A stretch of DNA of 64,000 nt, taken from contig CAVTVT010000004.1 in NCBI GenBank assembly GCA_963738315.1, positions 189,043 through 253,042 on the forward strand, written 5' to 3'. The stretch is from Vicinamibacterales bacterium (GTDB taxonomy: Bacteria; Acidobacteriota; Vicinamibacteria; Vicinamibacterales; JAMQPK01). The notes below the pieces were generated by a model. It was not told the origin of the DNA, searched no databases, and saw only the letters and a program-made list of their open reading frames with translations. A program made the position numbers and the translations under genes. Positions 55,621-64,000 of the stretch are shown here, one piece after another; the stretch's first letter is position 1, and every line of letters starts with the position of its first letter.

Positions 55621-56751
55621 TCAGTGAATCGCCAGCATGCGATCGAGCGCGATCCGCGTCCAGTGCTTCTGGTGGTCCGGAACCACGATGCGATTGTGCA
55701 CTTCGCCGTTCACGAGCCCTTCGAGGACCCAGAGGAGATGATTGGGCGAAACCCTGAACATCGTCGAACACAAGCACCCGATGGGATCGAGTGAAAGAAC
55801 AGTACGTTCGGGCTCGAGCGTCCGGGCGAGCCGGTTCACGAGGTGCAACTCCGTGCCCACCGCCCAGACCGACCCTGGCGCGCTCCCGGATACCTTGCGG
55901 ATGATGTACTCCGTGGATCCGCTGTCGTCGGCGGCCTGGACGACGTCGAACGGCACCTCGGGGTGCACGATGACCTGAATGCCGGGATGCGCGGCCCGCG
56001 CCCGCTCGACCTGCGCGACGGTGAATCGCTCGTGAACGGAGCAGTGTCCTTTCCAGAGGATCATCGTCGAGGACGACACGCGGCCGGCGGACGGGCCGCC
56101 CGCAATCTCGTTCGGATCCCAGACGACCATGTCGTCCAGCGCAATGCCCATCCGATACGCCGTGTTCCGGCCCAGGTGCTGATCGGGGAGGAACAGGACG
56201 CGGCGGCCGCGATCGAGCCCCCACCGGATCACCGCCGCGGCGTTCGAGGAGGTGCAGACGACGCCGCCACGCTCGCCGACGAACGCTTTGATGGCCGCCG
56301 ACGAGTTGATATAGGTGACCGGCACCACCCCGTCCACGCCCATGACGGCGAGCTCTTCCCAGCAGGTCTCGAGCTGATCGATGGCGGCCATGTCGGCCAT
56401 CGAGCAGCCGGCGGCCAGATCGGGAAGGATGACCTTCTGGTGCGGCAGCGAGAGCACGTCCGCGCTCTCCGCCATGAAGTGCACGCCGCAGAACACGATG
56501 AACTCGGCTTCCGGGTGCCGGGCGACCTGCCCGGAGAGCCGGAAGGAATCGCCGGTGTAGTCCGCGAACTTGATCACCTCATCGCGCTGGTAATGGTGTC
56601 CGAGGATGACGAGGCGGGCGCCGAGCGCGGCTCTGGCGGCCGCGATGCGGCGATCGAGCTCTGCGTCCGGCAGCCCCAGGTACTGCTCCGGGAGCGGCTG
56701 ACGCCCGGCGATCTGCGTCTTTTCGTAGTCTGTGAGCAGCGTCACGGTCAT
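55621..56751 (-). CDS. nadA: Quinolinate synthase NadA
   Basis: ...ILGHHYQRDEV...FCGVHFMAESA...CSMA...VTYINSSA...CSVHERF.... Confidence 0.85.
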   Translation of the reverse strand: MTVTLLTDYEKTQIAGRQPLPEQYLGLPDAELDRRIAAARAALGARLVILGHHYQRDEVIKFADYTGDSFRLSGQVARHPEAEFIVFCGVHFMAESADVLSLPHQKVILPDLAAGCSMADMAAIDQLETCWEELAVMGVDGVVPVTYINSSAAIKAFVGERGGVVCTSSNAAAVIRWGLDRGRRVLFLPDQHLGRNTAYRMGIALDDMVVWDPNEIAGGPSAGRVSSSTMILWKGHCSVHERFTVAQVERARAAHPGIQVIVHPEVPFDVVQAADDSGSTEYIIRKVSGSAPGSVWAVGTELHLVNRLARTLEPERTVLSLDPIGCLCSTMFRVSPNHLLWVLEGLVNGEVHNRIVVPDHQKHWTRIALDRMLAIH

Positions 56752-56905
56752 CGGCTGTCCTGCCTCGCCCGCCCGGCTCCGCGCCGGCGCCGGCTTGTGA
56801 AAAATTTCACCAGCCAGGCACGTGAAAAAGCCAAACCCCATCGCGCATGCCGCGCCCACTCTCGTGGTGATGGAGCTTGACTAACTTAAGTATAGCGTAC
56901 GCGCG

Positions 56906-58015
56906 TCACGCGCGCGCGGCCGCCGGCGGGGCGTCCTGCCGCCCCCGGACCAGGTTGTAGAACGTGTCGCGCTCCACCGGCACCCGGCCCGCCGCCACGA
57001 TCAGCGCCTCGATATCGCCCGTCGAAAGGGCCTCCGGCGTGCGCGACCCGGCCATGTGGTAGATCTTCTCCTCCTGCACGGTGCCGTCCAGATCGTCGGC
57101 GCCGAACCAGAGGGCCGCCTGCGCCAGCTCCACGCCCGTCGCAATCCAGAACGCCTTGATGTGGGAAATGTTGTCGAGCATCAGCCGCGCCACGGCATGC
57201 ACCCGCAGCGTGTCCGCCCCAGCCGGAGCGGGCAGCTTGCGCATCTGATTGTTGTCGGGGTGGAACGCCAGCGGAATGAACGCCTGGAAGCCTCCCGTCT
57301 CGTCCTGCAACGCGCGCGCGCGAAGCATGTGGTCGACGCGCTCCTCCGCGGTCTCGATGTGCCCGTAGAGCATCGTGACGTTCGATTTCATCCCCAGCCC
57401 GTGCGCAAGCCGATGGATGTTCAACCACCGATCGGCGCCGCACTTGTCGTGGCAGATCTTCCGCCGCACGCGATCGGCGAACACCTCTGCCCCGCCGCCC
57501 GGGAGCGACGCCAGCCCGGCGGCCATGAGCTCGCGCAGCACGTCCTCGTCGGTCTTGCCGTAGAGGTCCGAGAAGAACGCGATCTCGACGGCGGTGAAGC
57601 ACTTGAGGTGGATCTCCGGCCGGATGCGTTTGAACCCCCGCAGCAGCTCGAGGTAATAGTCGAACGGCAACTCAGGATGCAGGCCGTTGACGACGTGGAT
57701 CTCGGTGAGCGGCTGATGCTCCCGCCGCCGCAGCTTCCCCCAGGCCTCTTCCAGCGACATGGTGTACGAGCCGGCATCGCCCGGCCGCAGCCGCGCGAAC
57801 GAGCAGAAGAGGCAACTCGCCACGCAGACGTTCGTCGCTTCGATTCGGATGTTGAAGTTGTAATACGTGCGGTCGCCGTGCCGGCGCTCGCGCTCGCGGT
57901 TGGCGAGACTCGCGACCTGCAGCAGGTCGGGGTGCTCGAACAACCGGACGCCGTCCTCGAGGGACAGGCGTTCGCGCCGCTCGAGCCTGCGGGCGATGTC
58001 GTCGATTCCGCTCAC
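56906..58015 (-). CDS. mqnE: Radical-SAM menaquinone (futalosine pathway) enzyme, most like aminofutalosine synthase MqnE
   Basis: CxxxCxxC-type ATNVCVASCLFCSF, GLHPELPFDYY, CFTAVEI, LPGGGAEVF, TMLYGHIET. Confidence 0.65.
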   Translation of the reverse strand: MSGIDDIARRLERRERLSLEDGVRLFEHPDLLQVASLANRERERRHGDRTYYNFNIRIEATNVCVASCLFCSFARLRPGDAGSYTMSLEEAWGKLRRREHQPLTEIHVVNGLHPELPFDYYLELLRGFKRIRPEIHLKCFTAVEIAFFSDLYGKTDEDVLRELMAAGLASLPGGGAEVFADRVRRKICHDKCGADRWLNIHRLAHGLGMKSNVTMLYGHIETAEERVDHMLRARALQDETGGFQAFIPLAFHPDNNQMRKLPAPAGADTLRVHAVARLMLDNISHIKAFWIATGVELAQAALWFGADDLDGTVQEEKIYHMAGSRTPEALSTGDIEALIVAAGRVPVERDTFYNLVRGRQDAPPAAARA

Positions 58016-58045
58016 GAGACCTGATCGTATCGCAGCTTTGGGCGC

Positions 58046-58074
58046 TTGCCTCCACCCGGCGGCCTTGCTACACT
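58046..58074 (+). promoter_or_regulatory. Candidate sigma70-type promoter (TTGCCT - 17 nt - TACACT)
   Basis: Hexamers at 58046-58051 and 58069-58074, just upstream of the riboswitch. Confidence 0.35.
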
Positions 58075-58084
58075 CGCGGCCCTA

Positions 58085-58300
58085 AACGACGTCTCCCGGC
58101 GGCCACGGAAGTGGGTGAGATGCCCACACGGTCACGCCACTGTAAGCGGGGAGCGTCCGCTCCGCCCCGGCCCGAGCCGGGGCGAACACGCCACTAGGTT
58201 CCAGGGGGAACGTGGGAAGGCGCGAGCGGCCGCGTGGATCCGCGAGTCAGGATACTGGTTCCGGGACGTCCCTTTGTCGCTCACGCGACGCCGGCGCGAC
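58085..58300 (+). promoter_or_regulatory. Cobalamin (B12) riboswitch
   Basis: GGAAGTGGGTGAGATGCCCACACGGTCAC, a B12 box GCCACTG at 58136-58142, GGGAAGGCG, and AGTCAGGATACTGG at 58245-58258. It lies in the 5' leader of a TonB-dependent receptor gene. Confidence 0.75.
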
Positions 58301-58319
58301 AGACGCCGGAGGAGGGCGC

Positions 58320-60315
58320 ATGCCGCACCGGTCCCGCTTCGCCATCATCCCGTTCGCCATTGTTCTAACCACCGCCGCCGTCCGCGCGCAAAGCGGCGCC
58401 GGCGCTCCGCCGGCTGCCGCGCAGCCGCCCCATTTGAGCGAGTCCATCGTCGTCACTGCCACGGGCCGCGAAGAGCCCGCCTCGCAGGTGGGGGCGGCGG
58501 TCACCGTGGTCGATCGCGCCGAGATCGACCAGCGTCACGCGCTCACGCTCGTCGATCTGCTCCGCCTGTCTCCCGGGGTCGCCGCCGTGCGCACGGGCGG
58601 CGTCGGCAATCTGACGTCCGTCTTCGTGCGGGGAGGCGAGAGCACCTACAACAAAGTGCTGCTCGACGGCGTTCCGCTGAACGAGCCCGGCGGCTTCTTC
58701 AACTTCGCCTCGCTCGCGCCTGAAGACGTCGATCGCATCGAAATCGTCCGCGGCGCGCACTCGGCGCTCTTCGGATCGGACGCGATGGCGAGCGTGATCC
58801 AGATTTTCACGGCGCGCCCGGATGCGCGCGGCGGGCCGTTGCGGGCGACAATCACCGCCGACGGCGGCACGTATCACACCGGGCATGCCTCCGCCGGCCT
58901 CAGCGGGGTCGCGGCCGGCCACGAGTACTCGCTGTTCGCAGCACGCCTGACGACCGACAACCGCGAGCCGAACAACACCGAACGCGCCACGACGCTCTCC
59001 GGAACGGCGCTGCACCGCCGCGACTCGGGCGGATCGATCAGGCTCGTCGCCCGCGGGGAGCGGGGACGGACCGGCGTCCCGGGGCCGTCTGCGTACGGCC
59101 GGCCCGACGGCGACGCCCGGTTCGAGCACCACGACGGCCTTGCGTTCCTCGGCTGGGACCAGCCGCTCGGCACGCGGGCGATTCAGCATGCCGCCTACAG
59201 CTTTGCCGCGACCGATCAGCGCTCCACGAATCTGCTGGCGGATCCGCCGTACAGTCCCGCGGCTGGGCGCATTGAGCTCGTCTTTCACGGCTTTCGACTT
59301 TCTGTACGATTCCGAAACCTCGCTTCACCGGCAGCGGCTCGACTACCGGCTGGATGCGAGCCCGAACGCGTCGCAGACCTTCACCGCGGCGGTCTCGTTC
59401 GAGAGCGAGCGCGGCGTCCTGACGGATCACCTGAGCACCGAGGCCGCCCAGCGACCCTCGCGGAACAACACCGGCGTCACGCTGCAGTATCAGCAGACGG
59501 CTGGGCCGGCATCGATCCTGACGGGCATCCGCCTCGAACACAACGGGAGCTTCGGATTCCACGCAGCCCCGCGCGCGTCGCTGTCGTGGCTCGTCCCGCG
59601 CCTTCATGGAGACGAGGGAGGCCTGCGCATCCATGCGAGCGGCGGGCTGGGCATCAAGGAGCCGACGTTTCTGCAGTCGTTCAGCCCGGCGCCGTCGTTC
59701 CAGGGCAACGCCGATCTGAAGCCTGAGCGATCGCGCGGTGTGGACGCCGGGGTGGAACAGACCTGGCTGGGCGGCCGTGCGCGGGTCGACGTCACCTGGT
59801 TCGCCAATCACTTCGACGATTTGATCAGCCTCGGACCGTCGGACCCGGTCACCTTCGCGAGCCGCTACGAGAACATCGGCGAAACGCGGGGCTCGGGGCT
59901 CGAATTGTCCGGCGAGGCGTCGGCTCGAGGCTTCCGGCTGTCGGGCTCGTACGCCTGGCTCGACTCCACAGTCGTCCGCAGCATCAGCAGCAGCCCCATT
60001 TTCGCCGCGGGGCGGCCTCTATACCGGCGGCCGCGGCACTCCGCTTCGCTCGAATCGGGATACTCGCGCGGCCGGTTCGGCGTCACGCTGGGAGCGGTGT
60101 TCGTCGGCTCGCGCGTGGACACCGACTTCTACTTCCCGTCCATCGATGCCGACGCGGCCTATGCGACGTGGCACCTCGGCGCGGAGGCGCGGCTGCGAGC
60201 GGGCGCCTACGGATTCGTGACGATGGAGAACTTCACCAACCGGGACTACATGGATCCTGTCGGATATCCGGCGCTCGGCCGCACGCTGCGCGCGGGGGTG
60301 CGGGCGAGGTTCTGA
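58320..60315 (+). CDS. btuB: TonB-dependent cobalamin receptor (BtuB-like), frame broken near 59270-59295
   Basis: Signal peptide, TonB box-like SIVVTATG, plug ...RIEIVRGAHSALFGSDAM..., and C-terminal ...TLRAGVRARF. It lies downstream of the B12 riboswitch. Confidence 0.8.
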
Positions 60316-60965
60316 TGCCAAGAGCAGCAATCTCCTGGAGCGGCGGCAAGGATTCCTGCGCGGCCTACCACCGCGCGCTCGCCCATTTCGAGCTCGTCTG
60401 TGCGATCACGATGTTCGATCGGACCGGAAGCCGCAGCCGCTCGCACGGGCTGCGGCCCGAGGTCGTGCAGGCGCAGGTGGATCGGCTCGGGCTCGACACG
60501 ATCGCCGGGCGCTGCGACTGGGCCACCTACGACGCTGCGTTCGATCTCGCGCTCGCCGAAGCGGCGGCGCGCGGTGTGACACACGTGGTGTTCGGCGACA
60601 TCCTGTTCGACGAACACAAGGCCTGGGCCGAACGGATGGCCGGCCGCAGGGGCCTGCAGGCCGTGGAGCCGCTATGGCGCCGCCCCACGGCCGAGCTGTA
60701 CGGCGAGTTCCTCGCCCTCGGGGCACGCGCCCGGATCGTGACCGTGCGCCAGAGCGTGCTCGACGAAACCTTCCTGGGACGGGAGCTGAGCGCCGAGCTG
60801 CTGCCGGCGCTCACCGAGCGGGGGGTCGATCCGTGCGGTGAGCGAGGCGAATATCACACGCTCGTCACCGACTGTCCCGCTTTCGCGTCGCCGCTGCGCG
60901 TGCGGCCCGCCGGACGCGCCGTGAACAGCGGCTGCGCCGCCGAAGACCTGGTGCTGGATGACTGA
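60315..60965 (+). CDS. DUF71/COG2102 PP-loop ATP pyrophosphatase (Dph6/MJ0570-like), paralogue 1
   Basis: ISWSGGKDS PP-loop and GERGEYHTLVTDCPAF. The ATG overlaps the btuB stop. Confidence 0.7.
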   Translation: MPRAAISWSGGKDSCAAYHRALAHFELVCAITMFDRTGSRSRSHGLRPEVVQAQVDRLGLDTIAGRCDWATYDAAFDLALAEAAARGVTHVVFGDILFDEHKAWAERMAGRRGLQAVEPLWRRPTAELYGEFLALGARARIVTVRQSVLDETFLGRELSAELLPALTERGVDPCGERGEYHTLVTDCPAFASPLRVRPAGRAVNSGCAAEDLVLDD

Positions 60966-61791
60966 GCCCGGGCTCGCGGTCGAGGCTGTCTCCTTCGGCT
61001 ACGTCACGGGACGGCCGGTCCTGCACGACGTCACGGCCGAAATCTCACGTGGCGCGATCGTCGGGATCCTCGGCCCGAACGGCTCCGGCAAGACGACTCT
61101 GCTGCGCCTGTTCTCGGGTGTGCAGCGTCCCTGGCGCGGACGCGTGGCGCTCGACGGTGTGCCGCTCGCCGCCCTGGGCCGCACGGAGTCGGCGCGGCGC
61201 ATCGCGGTCGTGCCGCAGGACACGCATCTCGCTTTCGACTACACGGTGCTGGAGATGGCGATCATGGGCCGCTATCCGCATCTCGCCACCTTCGCCGTGG
61301 AGGGTCCGGAAGACATCGCCCTGGCGCGCGGGGCGCTCGCCGCCACCGGCACGCTCGACCTCGAATCGCGGCTGTTCAACACGCTGTCCGGAGGTGAGAA
61401 GCAGCGGGTGGTGATCGCCGCCGCCCTCGCACAGCTCGGCCGCCTCGCGGCGGCGGCGCAGGGCCGAACGGAGGTGCTGCTGCTCGACGAGCCGACGGCC
61501 TCGCTCGACCCGGCCTACCAGCTCGAGATCCGCTCCATCCTGCTGGAGCTGCACCGATCGCGCGAGCTCACGATCGTCATCTCCAGCCACGACTTGAACC
61601 TCGCAGCCGGACTGTGCGATCGGTTGATTCTCCTGCAGCACGGGCGCGTGCTCGCATCCGGTCCGCTCGCCTCCACCCTGACACCGGATCTCGTGCGCGA
61701 GCTCTACGGGGTGGAGGCCGACATCACGACCAACGCGCGAACGGGGCGGTTGACGGTCGTGCCCGTCGCGCGGGCGCGCCTCCATGCATGA
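60958..61791 (+). CDS. ABC transporter ATP-binding protein (FecE/BtuD/HmuV type)
   Basis: Walker A GPNGSGKTT, signature LSGGEKQR, and Walker B LLLDEPT. Confidence 0.85.
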   Translation: MTEPGLAVEAVSFGYVTGRPVLHDVTAEISRGAIVGILGPNGSGKTTLLRLFSGVQRPWRGRVALDGVPLAALGRTESARRIAVVPQDTHLAFDYTVLEMAIMGRYPHLATFAVEGPEDIALARGALAATGTLDLESRLFNTLSGGEKQRVVIAAALAQLGRLAAAAQGRTEVLLLDEPTASLDPAYQLEIRSILLELHRSRELTIVISSHDLNLAAGLCDRLILLQHGRVLASGPLASTLTPDLVRELYGVEADITTNARTGRLTVVPVARARLHA

Positions 61792-62794
61792 CGCGCAGAT
61801 TCGGCGGAGAATCGCGACCACCTGGCTGGCGTTCGGGGCCGCCGCGGCCGCGGCGTGCCTGACGGCGCCTCTGATCGGCCCCGCGCCGATCAGCCTCGCC
61901 CGCGCGCTGAACCCGTCCATCCCGCTCGCCGACAATCTCGACGCGCAGATCTTCTTCATCGCGCGGCTGCCGCGGGTCCTCGCGGGGGCCATGGTGGGCT
62001 CCTCCCTCGCGGCCGCGGGCGTGGTCTTCCAGGCGCTGCTGCGCAACCCGCTCGCCACCCCTTTCACGCTCGGCGTCTCGGCAGGGGCCGCGCTGGGCGC
62101 GATGCTGGCGCTGAGCTTCCGTCTGCCGGCCGGCGTGGCCGGCGTGTCGGCCGTCGCAGTGGCCAGCTTCGCCGGGTCGCTCGGCGCGGTGGCCGTCGTC
62201 TACGCGCTGGCACGCGCGAGAGGCCGCCGTATCTCGACCAACGTGCTGCTGCTGGCGGGGGTGACGCTCAATTCGTTCTTCTCGGCCCTGATCCTGCTGG
62301 TGCAGTTCCTCACCGACTACGCGCAGACGTTTCGCACCGTGCGCTGGCTGATGGGCGACCTCGACGTGAGCAGCTACCGGCCGCTGGTCGCCGCGATTCC
62401 GCCGCTCGTCCTCTCGTTCGCCGCGTTCGCCGTCCTGCCGAAGGCGATGAACCTGCTGTCGATCGACGAGGAGAGCGCCGCGGCCCGGGGCGTCGACGTG
62501 CACCGCGCGCAACGGCTCGCCTTCTTCAGCGCCTCGCTCGCCACGGGCGCCGCCGTGTCGCTCGGCGGGCCGGTCGGCTTCATCGGGATTGTCGTGCCGC
62601 ATCTGGTGCGGCTCCTCGTTGGCAGCGATCACCGGCTGGTGCTGCCCGCCTCGGCCCTGGGTGGCGCCGCATTTCTGATCGCCTGCGATACGATTTCGCG
62701 CACCGCGCTCTCCCCACTCGAAATTCCGGTCGGGGTGATCACCGCGCTCATCGGAGGGCCCTTCTTCCTATGGCTGCTCATACGAAAACGCTGA
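61784..62794 (+). CDS. FecCD-family ABC permease (BtuC-like)
   Basis: About 9-10 TM helices, with ...GPVGFIGIVVPHLVRLL... typical of FecCD. Confidence 0.85.
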   Translation: MHDAQIRRRIATTWLAFGAAAAAACLTAPLIGPAPISLARALNPSIPLADNLDAQIFFIARLPRVLAGAMVGSSLAAAGVVFQALLRNPLATPFTLGVSAGAALGAMLALSFRLPAGVAGVSAVAVASFAGSLGAVAVVYALARARGRRISTNVLLLAGVTLNSFFSALILLVQFLTDYAQTFRTVRWLMGDLDVSSYRPLVAAIPPLVLSFAAFAVLPKAMNLLSIDEESAAARGVDVHRAQRLAFFSASLATGAAVSLGGPVGFIGIVVPHLVRLLVGSDHRLVLPASALGGAAFLIACDTISRTALSPLEIPVGVITALIGGPFFLWLLIRKR

Positions 62795-63690
62795 TTCGGG
62801 CCTTCGTACTCGCGGGGCTGCTCGCCGCCTGGATCGAGGGGCCCATCGGGGCACCCGGTCGTCTGCGCGCGCAGGCCGGACCGGCACCGGAGCGCATCGT
62901 CTCGCTCGTGCCGTCGGTCACGGAGATGCTGTTCGCGTTCGGCGCCGGCCCGCGCGTGGTGGGCGTCAGCAGCTTCGACGACTACCCGCCCGAGGTGCAG
63001 ACGCGCGTGAAAGTCGGCGGCCTCATCGACCCCGATCTCGAGCGCATCCTGTCGCTGCGGCCAGACCTGGTGATCGCGTACGGCACCCAGTCCGACCTGC
63101 TCACACAGCTGGAGCGCGCGCACGTACCCACCTTCTCCTACGAGCACGCCGGCCTCGCCGACATCACGGCCACCATCCGCGCGCTGGGACGGCGAACCGC
63201 CAGCCAGCCGGCGGCGGACGCGCTGGCCTCGCGCATCGAGGCCGATATCTCCCGCATCAGACGCCGCGTCGCGGGACTGCCGCGCCCGCGAACGCTGCTC
63301 GTGTTCGGGCGCGATTCGGACACGCTCCGCGGGATCTACGCCAGCGGTGGCGCCGGATTCCTGAGCGACATGCTCGAGGCGGCCGGCGGCGCCAACGTCT
63401 TCGCCGACGTGCCCCGCCAGAGCGTGCAGGCGACCACCGAGCTCGTGCTGCTCCGCTCGCCGGAGGTGATTCTCGAAATCAGTGAGGCTGCCTCACACCG
63501 CGACCTCGGTGCGTGGCATGTCCTGGCCGCGGTGCCGGCGGTCCGCTCGCATCGAATCTTCCTCCTCTCGGGCGACGAGATGGTCACGCCAGGACCGCGG
63601 GTGGCGCTCGCCATCGCGAGGATGGCCGAGGCGCTGCACCCGGGGCGGGCGCAACTGCCAGCGTCGGACGCCGGACGGGAAGCGCGATGA
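62770..63690 (+). CDS. Periplasmic substrate-binding protein (BtuF / class 8 SBP)
   Basis: Signal peptide, then RIVSLVPSVTEMLFAFGAGPRVVGVS...PDLVIAY.... The start is the internal ATG of ORF 61855..63690. Confidence 0.75.
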   Translation: MAAHTKTLIRAFVLAGLLAAWIEGPIGAPGRLRAQAGPAPERIVSLVPSVTEMLFAFGAGPRVVGVSSFDDYPPEVQTRVKVGGLIDPDLERILSLRPDLVIAYGTQSDLLTQLERAHVPTFSYEHAGLADITATIRALGRRTASQPAADALASRIEADISRIRRRVAGLPRPRTLLVFGRDSDTLRGIYASGGAGFLSDMLEAAGGANVFADVPRQSVQATTELVLLRSPEVILEISEAASHRDLGAWHVLAAVPAVRSHRIFLLSGDEMVTPGPRVALAIARMAEALHPGRAQLPASDAGREAR

Positions 63691-64000
63691 AGGTGCTCGT
63701 GTCGTGGAGCTCAGGCAAGGACAGCGCCTGGATGCTGCACAAGCTGAAACGCGACCCGTCGATCGAGCCGGGCGCGCTGCTGACGACGATGAACGGCGAG
63801 TTCGATCGTGTTGCCATGCACGCCGTCCGCCGCGGCCTTCTCGAGGCGCAGGCCGCCGCGGCCGGGCTTCCGCTCCGTTCCGTCGCGCTGCCGTGGCCAT
63901 GCACCAACGTGAAGTACGAAGAGCTCATGGAGGCCGAAGTCCGGCAGGCGGTCGCCGACGGCTTCACCCATGTGGCGTTTGGCGATCTCTTTCTCGAAGA
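63687..64000 (+). CDS. DUF71/COG2102 PP-loop ATP pyrophosphatase, paralogue 2 (partial, runs off the window)
   Basis: MKVLVSWSSGKDSAW...HVAFGDLFLE. The ATGA overlaps the SBP stop. Confidence 0.65.
   Translation, partial: MKVLVSWSSGKDSAWMLHKLKRDPSIEPGALLTTMNGEFDRVAMHAVRRGLLEAQAAAAGLPLRSVALPWPCTNVKYEELMEAEVRQAVADGFTHVAFGDLFLE

Overview
This is a high-G+C bacterial chromosomal window. The gene content looks Acidobacteriota-like (three CarboxypepD_reg-type TonB-dependent receptors, a Tad/Flp pilus locus, futalosine-pathway MqnE), but that is inference only. Positions 271-15519 are a genomic island integrated at tRNA-Ser(CGA). It has exact 27-bp direct repeats, a tyrosine integrase and an Xis-like HTH, and its G+C is visibly lower than the flanks. 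All of its cargo is defence-type: a GmrSD-family DUF262/DUF1524 protein with an extra C-terminal HEPN, an Mrr_N winged-helix ORF, a helicase gene stub, and a six-gene minus-strand operon. The operon genes overlap or nearly abut and encode an HExxH peptidase, an ApeA-like HEPN protein, a 616-aa PD-(D/E)xK protein, a C-terminal DarT remnant, an intact DarG, and an HsdR with no HsdM/HsdS. That operon is my best candidate for an undescribed composite defence system. The remaining ~48 kb is core-like. It holds a DUF3311 + sodium:solute symporter pair, TadA deaminase, a DsbA/MauE pair, three TBDRs (two are a recent tandem duplicate), tRNA-Arg(ACG), an HpcH aldolase, MoaB/MoeA and CsbD. It also holds a membrane-protein gene whose last 399 bp is duplicated around a low-G+C insert, a Tad/Flp pilus operon with an appended AAA+ ATPase and ICMT-like methyltransferase, and a REC-like/coiled-coil/PEGA protein. 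The right end carries SOD, NadA, MqnE and a cobalamin-riboswitch-led btuB/ABC-transporter cluster bracketed by two DUF71 PP-loop paralogues. Major caveat: about twenty reading-frame breaks (single-base indels plus one in-frame TGA) hit core and island genes alike. Most are therefore probably assembly indels, and all pseudogene calls are provisional. All domain calls come from motif recognition by eye; no searches were run.
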